A stretch of 64,000 nucleotides of DNA from Candidatus Omnitrophota bacterium (GCA_016208765.1 JACQXK010000009.1:20819-84818), one strand, 5' to 3'. Positions 19,869 to 29,979 are shown, counted from the first letter of the stretch. The notes: generated by a model not told the origin, from the letters alone. Program-made: numbers and translations.

Positions 19869-20566
19869 AAAAACGCATTAAAATTAACGGGGTTATAATA
19901 TTTCTTGCTGTGGTGGTAATGGCGTTATTCCCAAAAGTTTTCTTCCGTCAGGCAGGAGGGCTGTTTGGAGATGTTGCAGAAATATTTGGCATCATTTTTG
20001 TTTTGTTAGGGCAGGTCTTACGCATTTCTGCTCGTGGATACAAAGCAGAAAATTCCCAGAACAGCCACAGGCTTATACAAGAAGGCCCTTATTCTTTGGT
20101 GCGAAACCCCATGTATTTAGGGATATTTCTTATAGGTTTTGGTGTGGTGCTTTGGTTATTTCAGATATGGGTAATTGTGGTTTTTCTGTTATTTTTCATC
20201 GTGCGTTACAATTTACTGATCATGGAAGAAGAAGAAAAGCTGGTAAAGTTCTTCCCCCAGGAATATCCTGTTTACCAGAGAAATGTTCCGCGCATCCTGC
20301 CTAATTTCTTGAAACTGAATAAGCAGGATATCGCAGAGTATCTGCCGGTAAAATTAAATTGGATCAAGAAAGAAATCAACTCCATTATACCGGTTTTGGC
20401 AGTGTCTTTTTTTATCGGGGCCTGGAAACAATTAAGGTTCTCCGGAATAAGCGGGCTTGTTAAAGAAGCAGTTATTTTTGACAGCGTGGTTATCATATTT
20501 ATCGGTTTGATACTATATTTGGCAAGAAATACAAGAGCAAATCTTAGCGGAAAAGAAAAAGGATAA
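19847..20566 (+). CDS. membrane methyltransferase, isoprenylcysteine carboxyl methyltransferase (ICMT/PEMT) family
   Basis: Multi-TM protein with the RNPMYLG motif and a downstream EE...L motif characteristic of ICMT-family enzymes. Confidence 0.6.
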   Translation: MPKVSKMKKRIKINGVIIFLAVVVMALFPKVFFRQAGGLFGDVAEIFGIIFVLLGQVLRISARGYKAENSQNSHRLIQEGPYSLVRNPMYLGIFLIGFGVVLWLFQIWVIVVFLLFFIVRYNLLIMEEEEKLVKFFPQEYPVYQRNVPRILPNFLKLNKQDIAEYLPVKLNWIKKEINSIIPVLAVSFFIGAWKQLRFSGISGLVKEAVIFDSVVIIFIGLILYLARNTRANLSGKEKG

Positions 20567-20571
20567 AAAGC

Positions 20572-21369
20572 GTGTTTCAGGTAAAGGCAAAAATAATTCA
20601 AAACAAACAGGTTAAAAAGAATTTCTTTCATTTGTTGGTGGATGCCCCGGAGATTGCCGGTAAAGCATTGCCCGGGCAATTTTTAAATATCAAGGTTAGC
20701 GATAATTTAGAGCCTTTGCTGCGCAGGCCGCTCGGAGTGCATCGTGTCAGTAAAAATAACATAGCAATGCTTTATGAAGTTGTCGGAAATGGAACGCAGA
20801 TTTTATCGCAAAGAAAAGCCGGGGAATATTTGGATATTATCGGCCCCTTGGGGAATGGTTTTGATTATCAGTCACCTGTCACCTGTCACCTGTCACCTGT
20901 GTTAGTTGCTGGTGGTATGGGGGTGGCTCCGTTATTATTTCTTGCGGATTTTTTAGCCCACAGTAAAAGTTTTAAAAGCTTAGTTTTTATCGGAGCCAAA
21001 ACAAAAAGCCAGTTGACTTGCGTGCAGGAATTTAGAGAATTAGGTTGCAAAGTAAAGATTGCCACCGACGACGGTTCAATGGGGTTTAAGGGCAGAGTTT
21101 CAGATCTTTTAACACATTTTCTACAGGCGACAGGAGACAGAAGACAGGCGACAATATTTAGCTGCGGCCCGCGGCCTATGCTTAAGGCAGTATCAGAAAT
21201 TTCCAGGAAGTTTAAGATTCCTGCGCAGATCTCTCTTGAAGAGCATATGAGTTGCGGCATAGGGGCTTGTATGGGGTGCGTGGTTCAAACCACAAGCGGC
21301 TACAAGAGAATTTGTAAAGAGGGCCCGGTTTTTCACGCAGATGAAATTGTCTGGGAGAGGGAGAAATGA
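20572..21369 (+). CDS. pyrK: dihydroorotate dehydrogenase (class 1B) electron-transfer subunit; contains two heptamer-repeat insertions
   Basis: FAD/NAD(P)-binding ferredoxin-reductase fold (RRPLGV, GGMGVAPL) and a C-terminal 2Fe-2S motif CGIGACMGC. It is adjacent to pyrD. Confidence 0.85.
   Translation: MFQVKAKIIQNKQVKKNFFHLLVDAPEIAGKALPGQFLNIKVSDNLEPLLRRPLGVHRVSKNNIAMLYEVVGNGTQILSQRKAGEYLDIIGPLGNGFDYQSPVTCHLSPVLVAGGMGVAPLLFLADFLAHSKSFKSLVFIGAKTKSQLTCVQEFRELGCKVKIATDDGSMGFKGRVSDLLTHFLQATGDRRQATIFSCGPRPMLKAVSEISRKFKIPAQISLEEHMSCGIGACMGCVVQTTSGYKRICKEGPVFHADEIVWEREK
20871..20901. repeat. in-frame heptamer tandem array (GTCACCT x4) inside pyrK
   Basis: gtcacctgtcacctgtcacctgtcacctgtg encodes SPVTCHLSPV; member of the CAGGCGA/TCGCCTG heptamer family. 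Confidence 0.8.
21124..21151. repeat. in-frame heptamer tandem array (CAGGCGA-CAGGAGA-CAGAAGA-CAGGCGA) inside pyrK, opposite orientation to the first
   Basis: caggcgacaggagacagaagacaggcga encodes QATGDRRQAT. Confidence 0.8.
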
Positions 21370-21725
21370 ACCAGTTGTTGTATATTGTTTTAGGAGTAGT
21401 TGCAGGGATATTTGGGGGGATGTTTGGTGTTGGAGGTGCAACAATTTTAGTGCCAGCTCTAATATATTTGTTCGGCCTTACGCAACATCAGGCTCAGGGG
21501 ACGACCCTTGCGATTATGATCCCGCCGATTGGTTTATTGGCTGCAATGAGATATTATTATAGCGGAAACGTTAAGTTGGGCATGGCAGGATTTATCTGCA
21601 TAGGTTTTCTTATTGGAGGATTATTTGGAGCGCACCTTGCCCATTTTATCCCTGATCAAGCGTTAAAGAAAATATTTGGGATATTTTTATTGGTTGTAGC
21701 AATAAGAATGATTTTTTGGAAATAA
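21366..21725 (+). CDS. small TSUP/DUF81-family membrane protein (half-size TauE/SafE-like)
   Basis: 119 aa, 4 predicted TM helices, glycine-rich GGxFGVGG signature. Confidence 0.5.
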   Translation: MNQLLYIVLGVVAGIFGGMFGVGGATILVPALIYLFGLTQHQAQGTTLAIMIPPIGLLAAMRYYYSGNVKLGMAGFICIGFLIGGLFGAHLAHFIPDQALKKIFGIFLLVVAIRMIFWK

Positions 21726-21726
21726 A

Positions 21727-22719
21727 ATGATAACTAATTTAACTGTAAATATTGGGAAGTTAAAATTAGAAAACCCTGTTATGGTTTGCTCCGGTACCTT
21801 TGGGTATGCCGGGGAGTTTAAGGATTTCTTGCCGCTTAAGAAGTTAGGGGCGATAGTAACCAAGACAATTACTTTAAATCCGCGGCAGGGGAATTTTCCT
21901 CCACGCACCTGTGAAACTCCGGCAGGAATGTTGAATTCTATTGGTTTGGAGAACCCGGGGTTGGCAGGATTTCTTAATGAAAAGCTTCCAATTTTAAAGA
22001 AAATCGGGGTTCCTGTAATTGTAAGTGTTGCTTCAGAAGGCGGCATAGCTGAATTTGTTAAGGCCGTTTCTGAATTAAACGATTTTAAAGAAGTCGCAGC
22101 TATTGAATTAAATATATCCTGTCCGAATATAGAGTCGCCAGTCACCAGTCACCTGTCGCCAGTCACCGGTCGCCAGTCACCTGTCGCCTGTCGCCGGTTA
22201 CCTGTGTTTAAGAACCGGCGGTTGATCTCCCAAGATCCACAGGCAACCTATCAACTGGTAAAACAAGTGCGCAAGGCAACGAAGAAAACTTTGATCACCA
22301 AATTATCACCTAACGTAACTGATATTTCTGAAATTGCCCTTGCCGCCGAAAATGCAGGAAGTGATGCAGTCAGCTTGATCAATACGCTAATGGGCATGAG
22401 CATTGATACAAAAACCATGAAGCCAAAAGTTGCGGCTGTTATTGCAGGATTAAGCGGGCCGGCAATCAGGCCGGTTGCTGTAAGAATGGTCTGGGAAGTC
22501 TACCAGAAAATTAAACTTCCCATAATAGGCATGGGTGGTATAATTGATACTTCCAGCGCCTTGGAATTTTTTCTGGCAGGCTCTACTGCTATTGGTGTCG
22601 GGACAGCAAATTTTATTGATCCTGCAGCTACAATCAGCATATTGCAGGGCATTAAATCTTATTTACGCAAAAACAGAATAAATAATATCGCTAAATTAAT
22701 CGGGGGATTGAAGGTATGA
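21727..22719 (+). CDS. pyrD: dihydroorotate dehydrogenase catalytic subunit (class 1B); contains a 9-unit heptamer array
   Basis: TIM-barrel DHOD motifs (NPVMVCSGTFGY, NxxSCPN, GGIxxxxxAxEFxLAGSTAIGVGT); partner of pyrK. Confidence 0.9.
   Translation: MITNLTVNIGKLKLENPVMVCSGTFGYAGEFKDFLPLKKLGAIVTKTITLNPRQGNFPPRTCETPAGMLNSIGLENPGLAGFLNEKLPILKKIGVPVIVSVASEGGIAEFVKAVSELNDFKEVAAIELNISCPNIESPVTSHLSPVTGRQSPVACRRLPVFKNRRLISQDPQATYQLVKQVRKATKKTLITKLSPNVTDISEIALAAENAGSDAVSLINTLMGMSIDTKTMKPKVAAVIAGLSGPAIRPVAVRMVWEVYQKIKLPIIGMGGIIDTSSALEFFLAGSTAIGVGTANFIDPAATISILQGIKSYLRKNRINNIAKLIGGLKV
22137..22206. repeat. in-frame heptamer tandem array (9-10 units GTCRCCN) inside pyrD
   Basis: gtcaccagtcacctgtcgccagtcaccggtcgccagtcacctgtcgcctgtcgccggttacctgtg encodes SPVTSHLSPVTGRQSPVACRRLPV between conserved PyrD blocks. 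Confidence 0.85.
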
Positions 22720-23381
22720 GCAGTGCCTCGCAAATCATCCTTGCTTTGGATGTGGATAACTTACAGGCAGCAAAGAATTTTGTGGATAAGCTGTATCCGC
22801 AAATAAAGATTTTTAAAATCGGTATCCAGCTTTTTACTTCCTGTGGCAGGGAGATTGTTGACTACATTAATAATAAAGGCGCAGAAGTTTTCCTGGACCT
22901 GAAATTTTTTGATATTCCTAATACCGTTGCCGGAGCTGTGCGAGAGGCAGTGCGCCTTAAGGTAAAAATGCTTACTATGCATATCTTGGGCGACGAGGAA
23001 ATGCTTAAGGCGGCAGTTAGCGCCAGAAACGATGAAGCTGGAACTTTAAAAATAAATAAACCGCTTTTAATAGGGGTTACTGTTTTAACCAGTAAAGACA
23101 CGGCTTCAAGTGACGTATTGACATTGGCTAAAATCGGCATTGAGTGCGGGCTTGATGGAGTGGTTTGTTCTGCCCGGGAGGCAGGATTGCTGCGCAAGGA
23201 AATCAAAAAAAGCTTTGTAATTGTTACTCCGGGGATAAGGCAGGCGAATACCGCTTCAGACGACCAGAAAAGAACCACGACAGTCCAGGAAGCGATTGCT
23301 TCCGGAAGCGACTTTCTTGTTGTGGGCCGCCCAATATTAAAAGCAGACGACCCGTTAAGAGCTGCAAAAGAGTTGGTGTAA
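22716..23381 (+). CDS. pyrF: orotidine 5'-phosphate decarboxylase
   Basis: LALDV...KIGIQLF, DLKFFDIPNTV and a C-terminal LVVGRPI phosphate-binding motif. Confidence 0.85.
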   Translation: MSSASQIILALDVDNLQAAKNFVDKLYPQIKIFKIGIQLFTSCGREIVDYINNKGAEVFLDLKFFDIPNTVAGAVREAVRLKVKMLTMHILGDEEMLKAAVSARNDEAGTLKINKPLLIGVTVLTSKDTASSDVLTLAKIGIECGLDGVVCSAREAGLLRKEIKKSFVIVTPGIRQANTASDDQKRTTTVQEAIASGSDFLVVGRPILKADDPLRAAKELV

Positions 23382-23392
23382 GGAGAAAACTT

Positions 23393-23992
23393 ATGTCAGA
23401 AGACTTAGAAAGTTTGATTGAAAAAATAAATCAGGAAGGCGTTAAGGCGGCAGAAGCAAAAGCAAGGTTGATTGAGCAGGAAGCGAATAAACGCGCAGAA
23501 GAAATTATCCATCAGGCACAAAATTTGAGCCGCGATAAGTTGTCTGAAGCAAAAGAGCAAATTGCCAAAATGGAGGAAAAGACAAAAACACTCCTTGTCC
23601 AAGCGGGAAGGGATTTGCTGCTTGTTTTAAGGAAAGAAATAAATTCCCTGCTTCTGAAGATTGTTTCACAGGATCTGCGCCAAGCGTTGAGCCCGCAGGA
23701 ATTAATTAAAATCCTCGCTTCTATAATTGAACAAACCATAGTAAATAAGGAAGGCCTGGTTACTATTTCTTTAAACAAGGATCAGTTTAAGGACATTGAG
23801 GCTGGTTTATTTGCCGTGCTTAAAGAAGAAGTAAAGAAGCAAGTGATTTTACGCTCACAGGACGACCTTCATTCCGGGTTTGTGATCAGTTTTGATTCCG
23901 GAAAGTCGCAATTTGATTTTAGCGACAAGGCTTTGGCAAGTTATATCGGAGAATTTTTAAAGCCAAAACTAAAAGATATCCTTGATGCCTGA
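23393..23992 (+). CDS. atpE: V-type ATPase subunit E
   Basis: 200-aa K/E/A-rich coiled-coil N-terminus (EAKARLIEQEANKRAEEIIHQAQ) typical of V/A-ATPase E. GGAG RBS before the ATG at 23393; first gene of the V-ATPase operon. Confidence 0.7.
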   Translation: MSEDLESLIEKINQEGVKAAEAKARLIEQEANKRAEEIIHQAQNLSRDKLSEAKEQIAKMEEKTKTLLVQAGRDLLLVLRKEINSLLLKIVSQDLRQALSPQELIKILASIIEQTIVNKEGLVTISLNKDQFKDIEAGLFAVLKEEVKKQVILRSQDDLHSGFVISFDSGKSQFDFSDKALASYIGEFLKPKLKDILDA

Positions 23993-24510
23993 TGGAATAC
24001 GTTTATTTTATTTCCAGCCTGCCAATGCTGCAGTTTGATGCAAAGCCGCCATTTTCTTTTGAAAATTTCTTGATAAAAGCAGCAGGGTTTGTTTCCGCTA
24101 AAGAGCTTGAAATTTTACGCGGGCTTTGTGATGAAAATATTTCTTCTGTGAAGCTTTCGTTAATTGAGCGCTGGCAGAGTTTTGATACATCGTTAAGGAA
24201 TGAACTGGTAAAATTAAGGGCGGCAAGAAAAAAAGTTGACCCGCATAAATATCTGCGACCCGACGGTGTTATTAGCAGTGTTTTGGCGCATGTAGTCTCC
24301 AGCGCCCAAAGAAGCCATTCCCCTTTAGAAGGAGAGAAAATTTTAGACAGGGAAAAGTGGAATTTTTTGGATGAATTAAGTTTTGGGCATTATTTTGATT
24401 TTGAGGTTTTGGTTATTTACGGGTACAGGCTTTTGATTTTGGAACGCTGGGAAAAGATCAGGCAACAGGATGCAGGAAAAAATATAGAAGGCTTATTAAT
24501 AAGTAATTAA
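23992..24510 (+). CDS. hypothetical protein conserved in chlamydia/spirochaete-type V-ATPase operons
   Basis: 172-aa ORF between atpE and atpA, start overlapping the atpE stop. Chlamydial V-ATPase operons carry a hypothetical gene at this position. Confidence 0.45.
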   Translation: MEYVYFISSLPMLQFDAKPPFSFENFLIKAAGFVSAKELEILRGLCDENISSVKLSLIERWQSFDTSLRNELVKLRAARKKVDPHKYLRPDGVISSVLAHVVSSAQRSHSPLEGEKILDREKWNFLDELSFGHYFDFEVLVIYGYRLLILERWEKIRQQDAGKNIEGLLISN

Positions 24511-24521
24511 GCGGGGTTGTT

Positions 24522-26276
24522 ATGAGCGAAAAAAGATTTGGTTTTGTTACAAGAATTAACAGCAATATAGTAGCCGTTAGTTTTGACAGTTTTGTTGTTC
24601 AAAATGAAGTAGCGTATATTTCAACCGGAAGCCAGCGTTTGAAAGCAGAAGTGATCCGCGTGCGCGGTAAGAGCGCTGAGATGCAAGTGTATGAAAACAC
24701 ATCAGGCTTAAAAGTTGGTGACAAGGTTGAATTTACAGAAGAATTACTGTCTGTAGAACTTGGGCCGGGCCTTTTGGGCCAGATTTTTGACGGCCTGCAG
24801 AATCCCTTGCCTCAGTTAGCCAAGGAGTGCGGATTTTTTCTTAAAAGAGGAGTTTATCTTAAGGCCTTGCCGGACGAATCTGTCTGGGAATTTTTTCCGC
24901 TTGTTAAACCCGGGGATAAAATCAGGGCAGGTGAAAGGCTTGGTTTTGTCCACGAGAAGATCTTTAAACATTATATTTTTGCGCCTTTTAATTTAAGCGG
25001 ATCCTGGGAAGTCGTAAATATTTCTCCAAAAGGTAATTATAATTTGAAACAACCCGTCGCACGTCTTAAAAATAGCGACGCAGAAGAGATAGACGCTTTC
25101 TTGTGCCAGAATTGGCCGGTAAAGATACCCATACAGGCATATTCGGAAAAAATAAAACCAAAAGAACCATTGGTTACAAAAATGCGCCTGATAGATTCTT
25201 TGTTTCCGGTTGCCCGAGGAGGGACTTATTGCATACCCGGGCCGTTTGGCGCAGGAAAAACAGTTTTACAGCAGTTAACCAGCCGGCATGCCGAAGTGGA
25301 TGTGGTGATCATTGCTGCCTGCGGGGAACGCGCCGGAGAAGTTGTTGAAACTTTAAGGACTTTTCCTGAATTAATGGATCCGCGTTCAAATAAACCTTTG
25401 ATTGACCGTACAATTATTATTTGTAATACAAGTTCAATGCCGGTTGCAGCAAGAGAGTCCAGCGTTTATACGGCAGTGACCCTGGCAGAATATTATCGCC
25501 AGATGGGTTTGCACGTTTTATTATTGGCAGATTCCACCTCCCGTTGGGCGCAGGCAATGCGCGAGATGTCCGGAAGATTAGAGGAGATCCCCGGAGAAGA
25601 AGCGTTTCCTGCATATCTTGAGTCGCGCATAGCTGCATTTTACGAGCGCGCCGGGTTAGTGAGGCTTTATGATAATAGCATAGGGTCGGTAACTATCGGC
25701 GGCGCAGTGAGCCCTGCCGGAGGAAATTTTGAAGAGCCTGTAACACAGGCAACGCTTAAAGTTGTGGGGGCGTTCCATGGCCTCTCGCGCGAGCGTTCTG
25801 ATGCGCGCAGGTATCCGGCCATTGACCCGTTAATCAGCTGGAGCAAATATAAAAGTTTTGTTGAAGAAAAGATCATGCGTAAAGGCCATGAGATTTTACA
25901 TAAGAGTAACGGGATCCTGCAGATGATGAAAGTTATCGGTGAAGAAGGCATTTCTTTGCTTGATTATGTTGAATATTTAAAGGGAGAGTTTTTTGATTTT
26001 GTGTATCTGCAGCAGAATGCATTTGATTTAGTTGATGAATCTACTCCTGCCGAGCGCCAGCAGTATGTGTTTGGTTTTATCCATGCAATCCTTGATTCGG
26101 ATTTTTCTTTTAAGGATAAGCCGGATGCCCTGCATTTCTTTCAGCAGTTACGCCAGTTGTTCCGCGGCTGGAATTCAACTGCCTGGCAGTCAGAAGAATT
26201 TTATAAAACCGAGGCAGAAATCAATACCGCCTTAAAAGAAAAACAAATTAAGCAAAAGGAAAAAACGCATGCATAA
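24522..26276 (+). CDS. atpA: V-type ATP synthase catalytic subunit A
   Basis: P-loop GPFGAGKTV and an A-subunit non-homologous insert region; 584 aa. Confidence 0.9.
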   Translation: MSEKRFGFVTRINSNIVAVSFDSFVVQNEVAYISTGSQRLKAEVIRVRGKSAEMQVYENTSGLKVGDKVEFTEELLSVELGPGLLGQIFDGLQNPLPQLAKECGFFLKRGVYLKALPDESVWEFFPLVKPGDKIRAGERLGFVHEKIFKHYIFAPFNLSGSWEVVNISPKGNYNLKQPVARLKNSDAEEIDAFLCQNWPVKIPIQAYSEKIKPKEPLVTKMRLIDSLFPVARGGTYCIPGPFGAGKTVLQQLTSRHAEVDVVIIAACGERAGEVVETLRTFPELMDPRSNKPLIDRTIIICNTSSMPVAARESSVYTAVTLAEYYRQMGLHVLLLADSTSRWAQAMREMSGRLEEIPGEEAFPAYLESRIAAFYERAGLVRLYDNSIGSVTIGGAVSPAGGNFEEPVTQATLKVVGAFHGLSRERSDARRYPAIDPLISWSKYKSFVEEKIMRKGHEILHKSNGILQMMKVIGEEGISLLDYVEYLKGEFFDFVYLQQNAFDLVDESTPAERQQYVFGFIHAILDSDFSFKDKPDALHFFQQLRQLFRGWNSTAWQSEEFYKTEAEINTALKEKQIKQKEKTHA

Positions 26277-27570
26277 AGTCTACACGAGCATTATTCAAAT
26301 TGCCGGAGATGTGATTACCGTAGAAGCAGATGGAATAGGCTATTTGGAGATTGCCGAGATTTCTTCCCGCAGGGGTAAATCATTGGCGCAGGTAATCCGT
26401 ATTGACGAGAAAAAGGTTTCCCTGCAGGTATTTGCCGGCAGTAAAGGTGTTTCAACCGGGGACAAGGTAAGGTTTCTTGGGCATGCCATGCGTGTTTCAA
26501 GCGGAGAAAACTTGCTTGGCCGCATTTTTAATGGAAGCGGAGTTCCTTTGGATCGCGGCCCTGAATTAACCCAAGACATGATTGAGATTGCAGGCCCGCC
26601 GGTGAATCCTGCAAAAAGAATTATCCCGCATAAAATGATCCGTACCGGTATCCCGATGATTGATGTTTTTAATTCTCTGGTGGAGTCGCAGAAGCTGCCT
26701 ATTTTTTCTATTGCCGGCGAGCCGTATAATGAGCTGATGGCCAGGATCGCTATTCAGGCAGAAGTGGATATTATTATTTTAGGAGGCATGGGGCTAAAAT
26801 ATGACGACTACCTGTTTTTTAGGGATACGCTTGAGGAGCAGGGGGCGCTTTCGCGTTCAATCCTGTTTATTCATACTGCAAGCGATCCGGTAGTGGAATG
26901 TTTGTTGGTGCCGGATATCAGCTTGGCAGTGGCCGAGCAATTCGCCTTACAAGGAAAAAGAGTCTTGGTCTTGTTGACTGATATGACCAATTTTTGCGAC
27001 GCGTTAAAAGAAATTTCTATTACGATGGAGCAAGTGCCTTCAAACCGCGGTTATCCCGGTGATCTTTACAGTCAACTTGCTGCTCGGTATGAAAAAGCTG
27101 TTGATTTTGAGGGTGCAGGTTCAATTACTATTTTAGCCGCCACCACCATGCCCGGGGATGATGTTACCCATCCTGTGCCGGACAATACCGGTTATATTAC
27201 CGAGGGGCAGTTTTATTTAAAAAATGGAGTAATTGAACCGTTTGGTTCCCTGAGCCGTTTAAAACAGCAGGTGAACGGAAAAACACGCGATGACCACCGC
27301 ACGATTATGGATACTATGATCCAGCTTTTTGCCAGTTATCGGCAGTCAGTAGAAAAACAGGCAATGGGTTTTCAGATGAGCGAATGGGATAAAAAGCTTT
27401 TGCGTTACGGTGTGTTGTTTGAAGAAAAAATCATGTCTTTAAAAGTAAATATTGCGCTTGAAAAGGCCCTGGATTTAGGCTGGCAGATCTTGGCAGAGTG
27501 TTTTAGCCCTGAAGAAACCGGCATAAAAAAATCTATGATAGAAAAATACTGGCCGCAAAACCGGCAGTAA
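26269..27570 (+). CDS. atpB: V-type ATP synthase subunit B
   Basis: 433 aa with a degenerate P-loop region and conserved B-subunit blocks ([20 protein letters not shown]). Confidence 0.9.
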   Translation: MHKVYTSIIQIAGDVITVEADGIGYLEIAEISSRRGKSLAQVIRIDEKKVSLQVFAGSKGVSTGDKVRFLGHAMRVSSGENLLGRIFNGSGVPLDRGPELTQDMIEIAGPPVNPAKRIIPHKMIRTGIPMIDVFNSLVESQKLPIFSIAGEPYNELMARIAIQAEVDIIILGGMGLKYDDYLFFRDTLEEQGALSRSILFIHTASDPVVECLLVPDISLAVAEQFALQGKRVLVLLTDMTNFCDALKEISITMEQVPSNRGYPGDLYSQLAARYEKAVDFEGAGSITILAATTMPGDDVTHPVPDNTGYITEGQFYLKNGVIEPFGSLSRLKQQVNGKTRDDHRTIMDTMIQLFASYRQSVEKQAMGFQMSEWDKKLLRYGVLFEEKIMSLKVNIALEKALDLGWQILAECFSPEETGIKKSMIEKYWPQNRQ

Positions 27571-27576
27571 TTTTGT

Positions 27577-28191
27577 ATGGCAAAAATCAAATTAACTAAG
27601 GGAGAATTAAAGCGCCAGCGTGATGCCTTGGCGCAATACCAGAGGTATCTTCCCACATTGCAATTAAAAAAACAGCAGCTGCAGTTGGAGATTCTACAGC
27701 AGGATAATTTGCTTATTGACAGAGAAAGCTCGTTAGCCAAGAAAAAAGAACAAGCCAAAGTTTGGGCAGGGCTTTTATCAGGCCCTGTGGATGTGAGGCC
27801 ATGGATTAAGCCGGCGCGCATTATATCCGGAACAAAAAATGTAGCCGGAGTTGATATGGCTATTTTTGAAAGAGTTGAGTTTGCCGCAGCAGAATGTGAT
27901 TTGTTTATTACTCCTTTGTGGGTTGATTTTGCGATTGAAGCTCTGCATAGTTTAGTGAGTTTAAAAAACGAGATCATGCTTATAAAAGAAGGGATAGCTG
28001 TTTTAAAACACGAGTTGCGCATTACAACCCAAAGGGTCAATCTTTTTGAAAAAGTAAAAATCCCTGAAACCGAAGAAGCAATTCGTTTAATCAAGGTTTA
28101 TATCGGTGACCAGATGGCAAATGCCGTCGGAAGAAGTAAGATTGCCAAAAGAAAAATAGAAGAAGCTGTTTTTGCAGGAGCCCTAGCATGA
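27577..28191 (+). CDS. atpD: V-type ATPase subunit D
   Basis: 204-aa coiled-coil protein (KLTKGELKRQRDALAQYQRYLPTL) in operon position after B. Confidence 0.8.
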   Translation: MAKIKLTKGELKRQRDALAQYQRYLPTLQLKKQQLQLEILQQDNLLIDRESSLAKKKEQAKVWAGLLSGPVDVRPWIKPARIISGTKNVAGVDMAIFERVEFAAAECDLFITPLWVDFAIEALHSLVSLKNEIMLIKEGIAVLKHELRITTQRVNLFEKVKIPETEEAIRLIKVYIGDQMANAVGRSKIAKRKIEEAVFAGALA

Positions 28192-29963
28192 TTATAGCAA
28201 TGAAAAAAGTTGCAGTGATTATGCAGGCAAAAGATTCTGCGCAGGCGCTAAAGGCGCTGCGGTCTTTTGGAGCGGTGCATGTAGAAAATCAGCAACCGCC
28301 AAAAAGTGCTAATCTAAACAACCTGCTGGATGATTATGCGTTAGTCCAACAGGGGCTTGAAGTTTTTTCTGAGGAAGAATTTATTGAGCACTGTCATGGG
28401 GATTTAAGGCACAAAGAAACTCCTGATTGGAAATTAACCTGTCGCCATGCACTGGATCTCTGGAAGCGCATTGATCATCTGGAAGGCTACTCTTTTATTT
28501 TAAACCGAGATATCAAGGAATGGGAAAAGTGGGGAGATTTTGACCCGCAGATAGCAGGCCAGCTATTAAAAAAGAATATCTTCTGCAGTTTATATAAGAT
28601 CCCGTTGAAAGATTTGGCAGGTTTGTCAGGCGGCTATGTAATAAAAAAAATTTATCTTGAGGAAAATATTGCATACTGCGCAGTTATTTCGCGCACAAAA
28701 CCGGAGCTTAATTTTAAAGAGATTGAATTGCCGAAGATAAGCCTGTCTACAATGAAAGACAAGCTTGCTGAGAATAAATTGACAATAGACAGGCTAAGGC
28801 AGGAATTGCATCAGCAGCTTTGTTTTCGCGGCTCATTTGTGAGGGCCGAGGTTCAAATAGAAAAAGAAATTGAATTTGAAAATGCCTTAAGCGGTATGGC
28901 GCAGGAAACTGAACTGTCTTATTTGGTGGGCTTTGCTCCCCGGGAGTGCGAGACACAATTATTGGATTTGGCCAAAAAAGAAAAGTGGGGGATTTTGATC
29001 ACTGATCCGTCTGATGAAGATAATGTGCCGGTTGCAATTCGTAACCCGAAGTGGATTGCCTTAATTAGCCCGGTATTTAAGCTTTTAGAGATCCTTCCCG
29101 GATACCGTGAACTGGATATCAGTTTGTGGTTTTTGTTGTTTTTTGGGATTTTCTTCGGGATGCTGATCGGGGATGCTGGTTATGGTTTAACTTACTTTTT
29201 GCTTACTCTTTTTGTTCATGCTAAATTCGGGAAGAAAGTAAAAGATAAGTCGCCCTTTTTTCTCTTTTACCTTTTAAGTTTCTGCGCTATTATATGGGGG
29301 CTATTAACCGGTGTGTTTTTCGGGCAGGAGTGGCTGCAGAAGATTGGATGGAAGCCGCTTGTACCCGCCTTAAATGATGCAAGGATAATCCAGAGTTTTT
29401 GTTTCTTGCTCGGGGCGGTGCATCTTTCTATTGCTCATATCTGGAAAATAATTTTAAAGATCCCCTCTTTGTCGGCCTTGGCTGAATTGGGGTGGGTAGG
29501 TATTTTGTGGGGCGCTTTTTTTCTTGCACGTTTTCTAATACTTGGGTACGAATTTCCTTTCTTTGGAAAATGGCTAATTTTCGGCGGGATAAGCCTTGTC
29601 ATTCTTTTTACGCAGCCGCAGAAAAATATCCTTAAAGCAATCGGTTCCGGGTGCGGTACGCTTGCCTTGAATCTGATGAATAATTTTACCGACGTGGTTT
29701 CGTATGTGCGCCTTTTTGCCGTTGGTTTGGCCGGGGTTGCAATCGCGAATACTTTTAACAGTATGGCAGCAGGCATACGCGGCGAGAGCATCCTGGGGTT
29801 AATATTGGCAATAGTTGTTGTTTTGTCTGGGCATTTGTTAAACATTGTTTTGGGATTAATGTCGGTGCTGGTGCACGGTGTAAGGCTTAATGTCCTGGAA
29901 TTTTGTTCTCATGTGGGAATTAGCTGGAGCGGCACAGCCTACAAACCATTTAAGGAAAATTAA
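28188..29963 (+). CDS. atpI: V-type ATPase subunit I (a-subunit)
   Basis: 591 aa with a soluble N-terminal half and a polytopic C-terminal half containing the conserved Arg region (VSYVRLFAVGLAG). Confidence 0.8.
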   Translation: MIIAMKKVAVIMQAKDSAQALKALRSFGAVHVENQQPPKSANLNNLLDDYALVQQGLEVFSEEEFIEHCHGDLRHKETPDWKLTCRHALDLWKRIDHLEGYSFILNRDIKEWEKWGDFDPQIAGQLLKKNIFCSLYKIPLKDLAGLSGGYVIKKIYLEENIAYCAVISRTKPELNFKEIELPKISLSTMKDKLAENKLTIDRLRQELHQQLCFRGSFVRAEVQIEKEIEFENALSGMAQETELSYLVGFAPRECETQLLDLAKKEKWGILITDPSDEDNVPVAIRNPKWIALISPVFKLLEILPGYRELDISLWFLLFFGIFFGMLIGDAGYGLTYFLLTLFVHAKFGKKVKDKSPFFLFYLLSFCAIIWGLLTGVFFGQEWLQKIGWKPLVPALNDARIIQSFCFLLGAVHLSIAHIWKIILKIPSLSALAELGWVGILWGAFFLARFLILGYEFPFFGKWLIFGGISLVILFTQPQKNILKAIGSGCGTLALNLMNNFTDVVSYVRLFAVGLAGVAIANTFNSMAAGIRGESILGLILAIVVVLSGHLLNIVLGLMSVLVHGVRLNVLEFCSHVGISWSGTAYKPFKEN

Positions 29964-29979
29964 TAACATAGGAGAGAAT

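Noticed and set aside
22761-23278. Minus-strand ORFs inside pyrF
   Set aside because: Antisense to a conserved enzyme gene with no supporting signals.
23165-23992. Long 275-aa ORF starting at 23165 and overlapping pyrF
   Set aside because: Its N-terminal 76 codons run through pyrF in another frame. The real V-ATPase E gene most plausibly starts at the ATG at 23393, which has a GGAG RBS directly after the pyrF stop.
29890-29979. Upstream extension of the proteolipid gene (start 29890)
   Set aside because: It would overlap atpI by 73 nt. The ATG at 29980 has a strong AGGAGAG RBS and gives a normal-length c-subunit.
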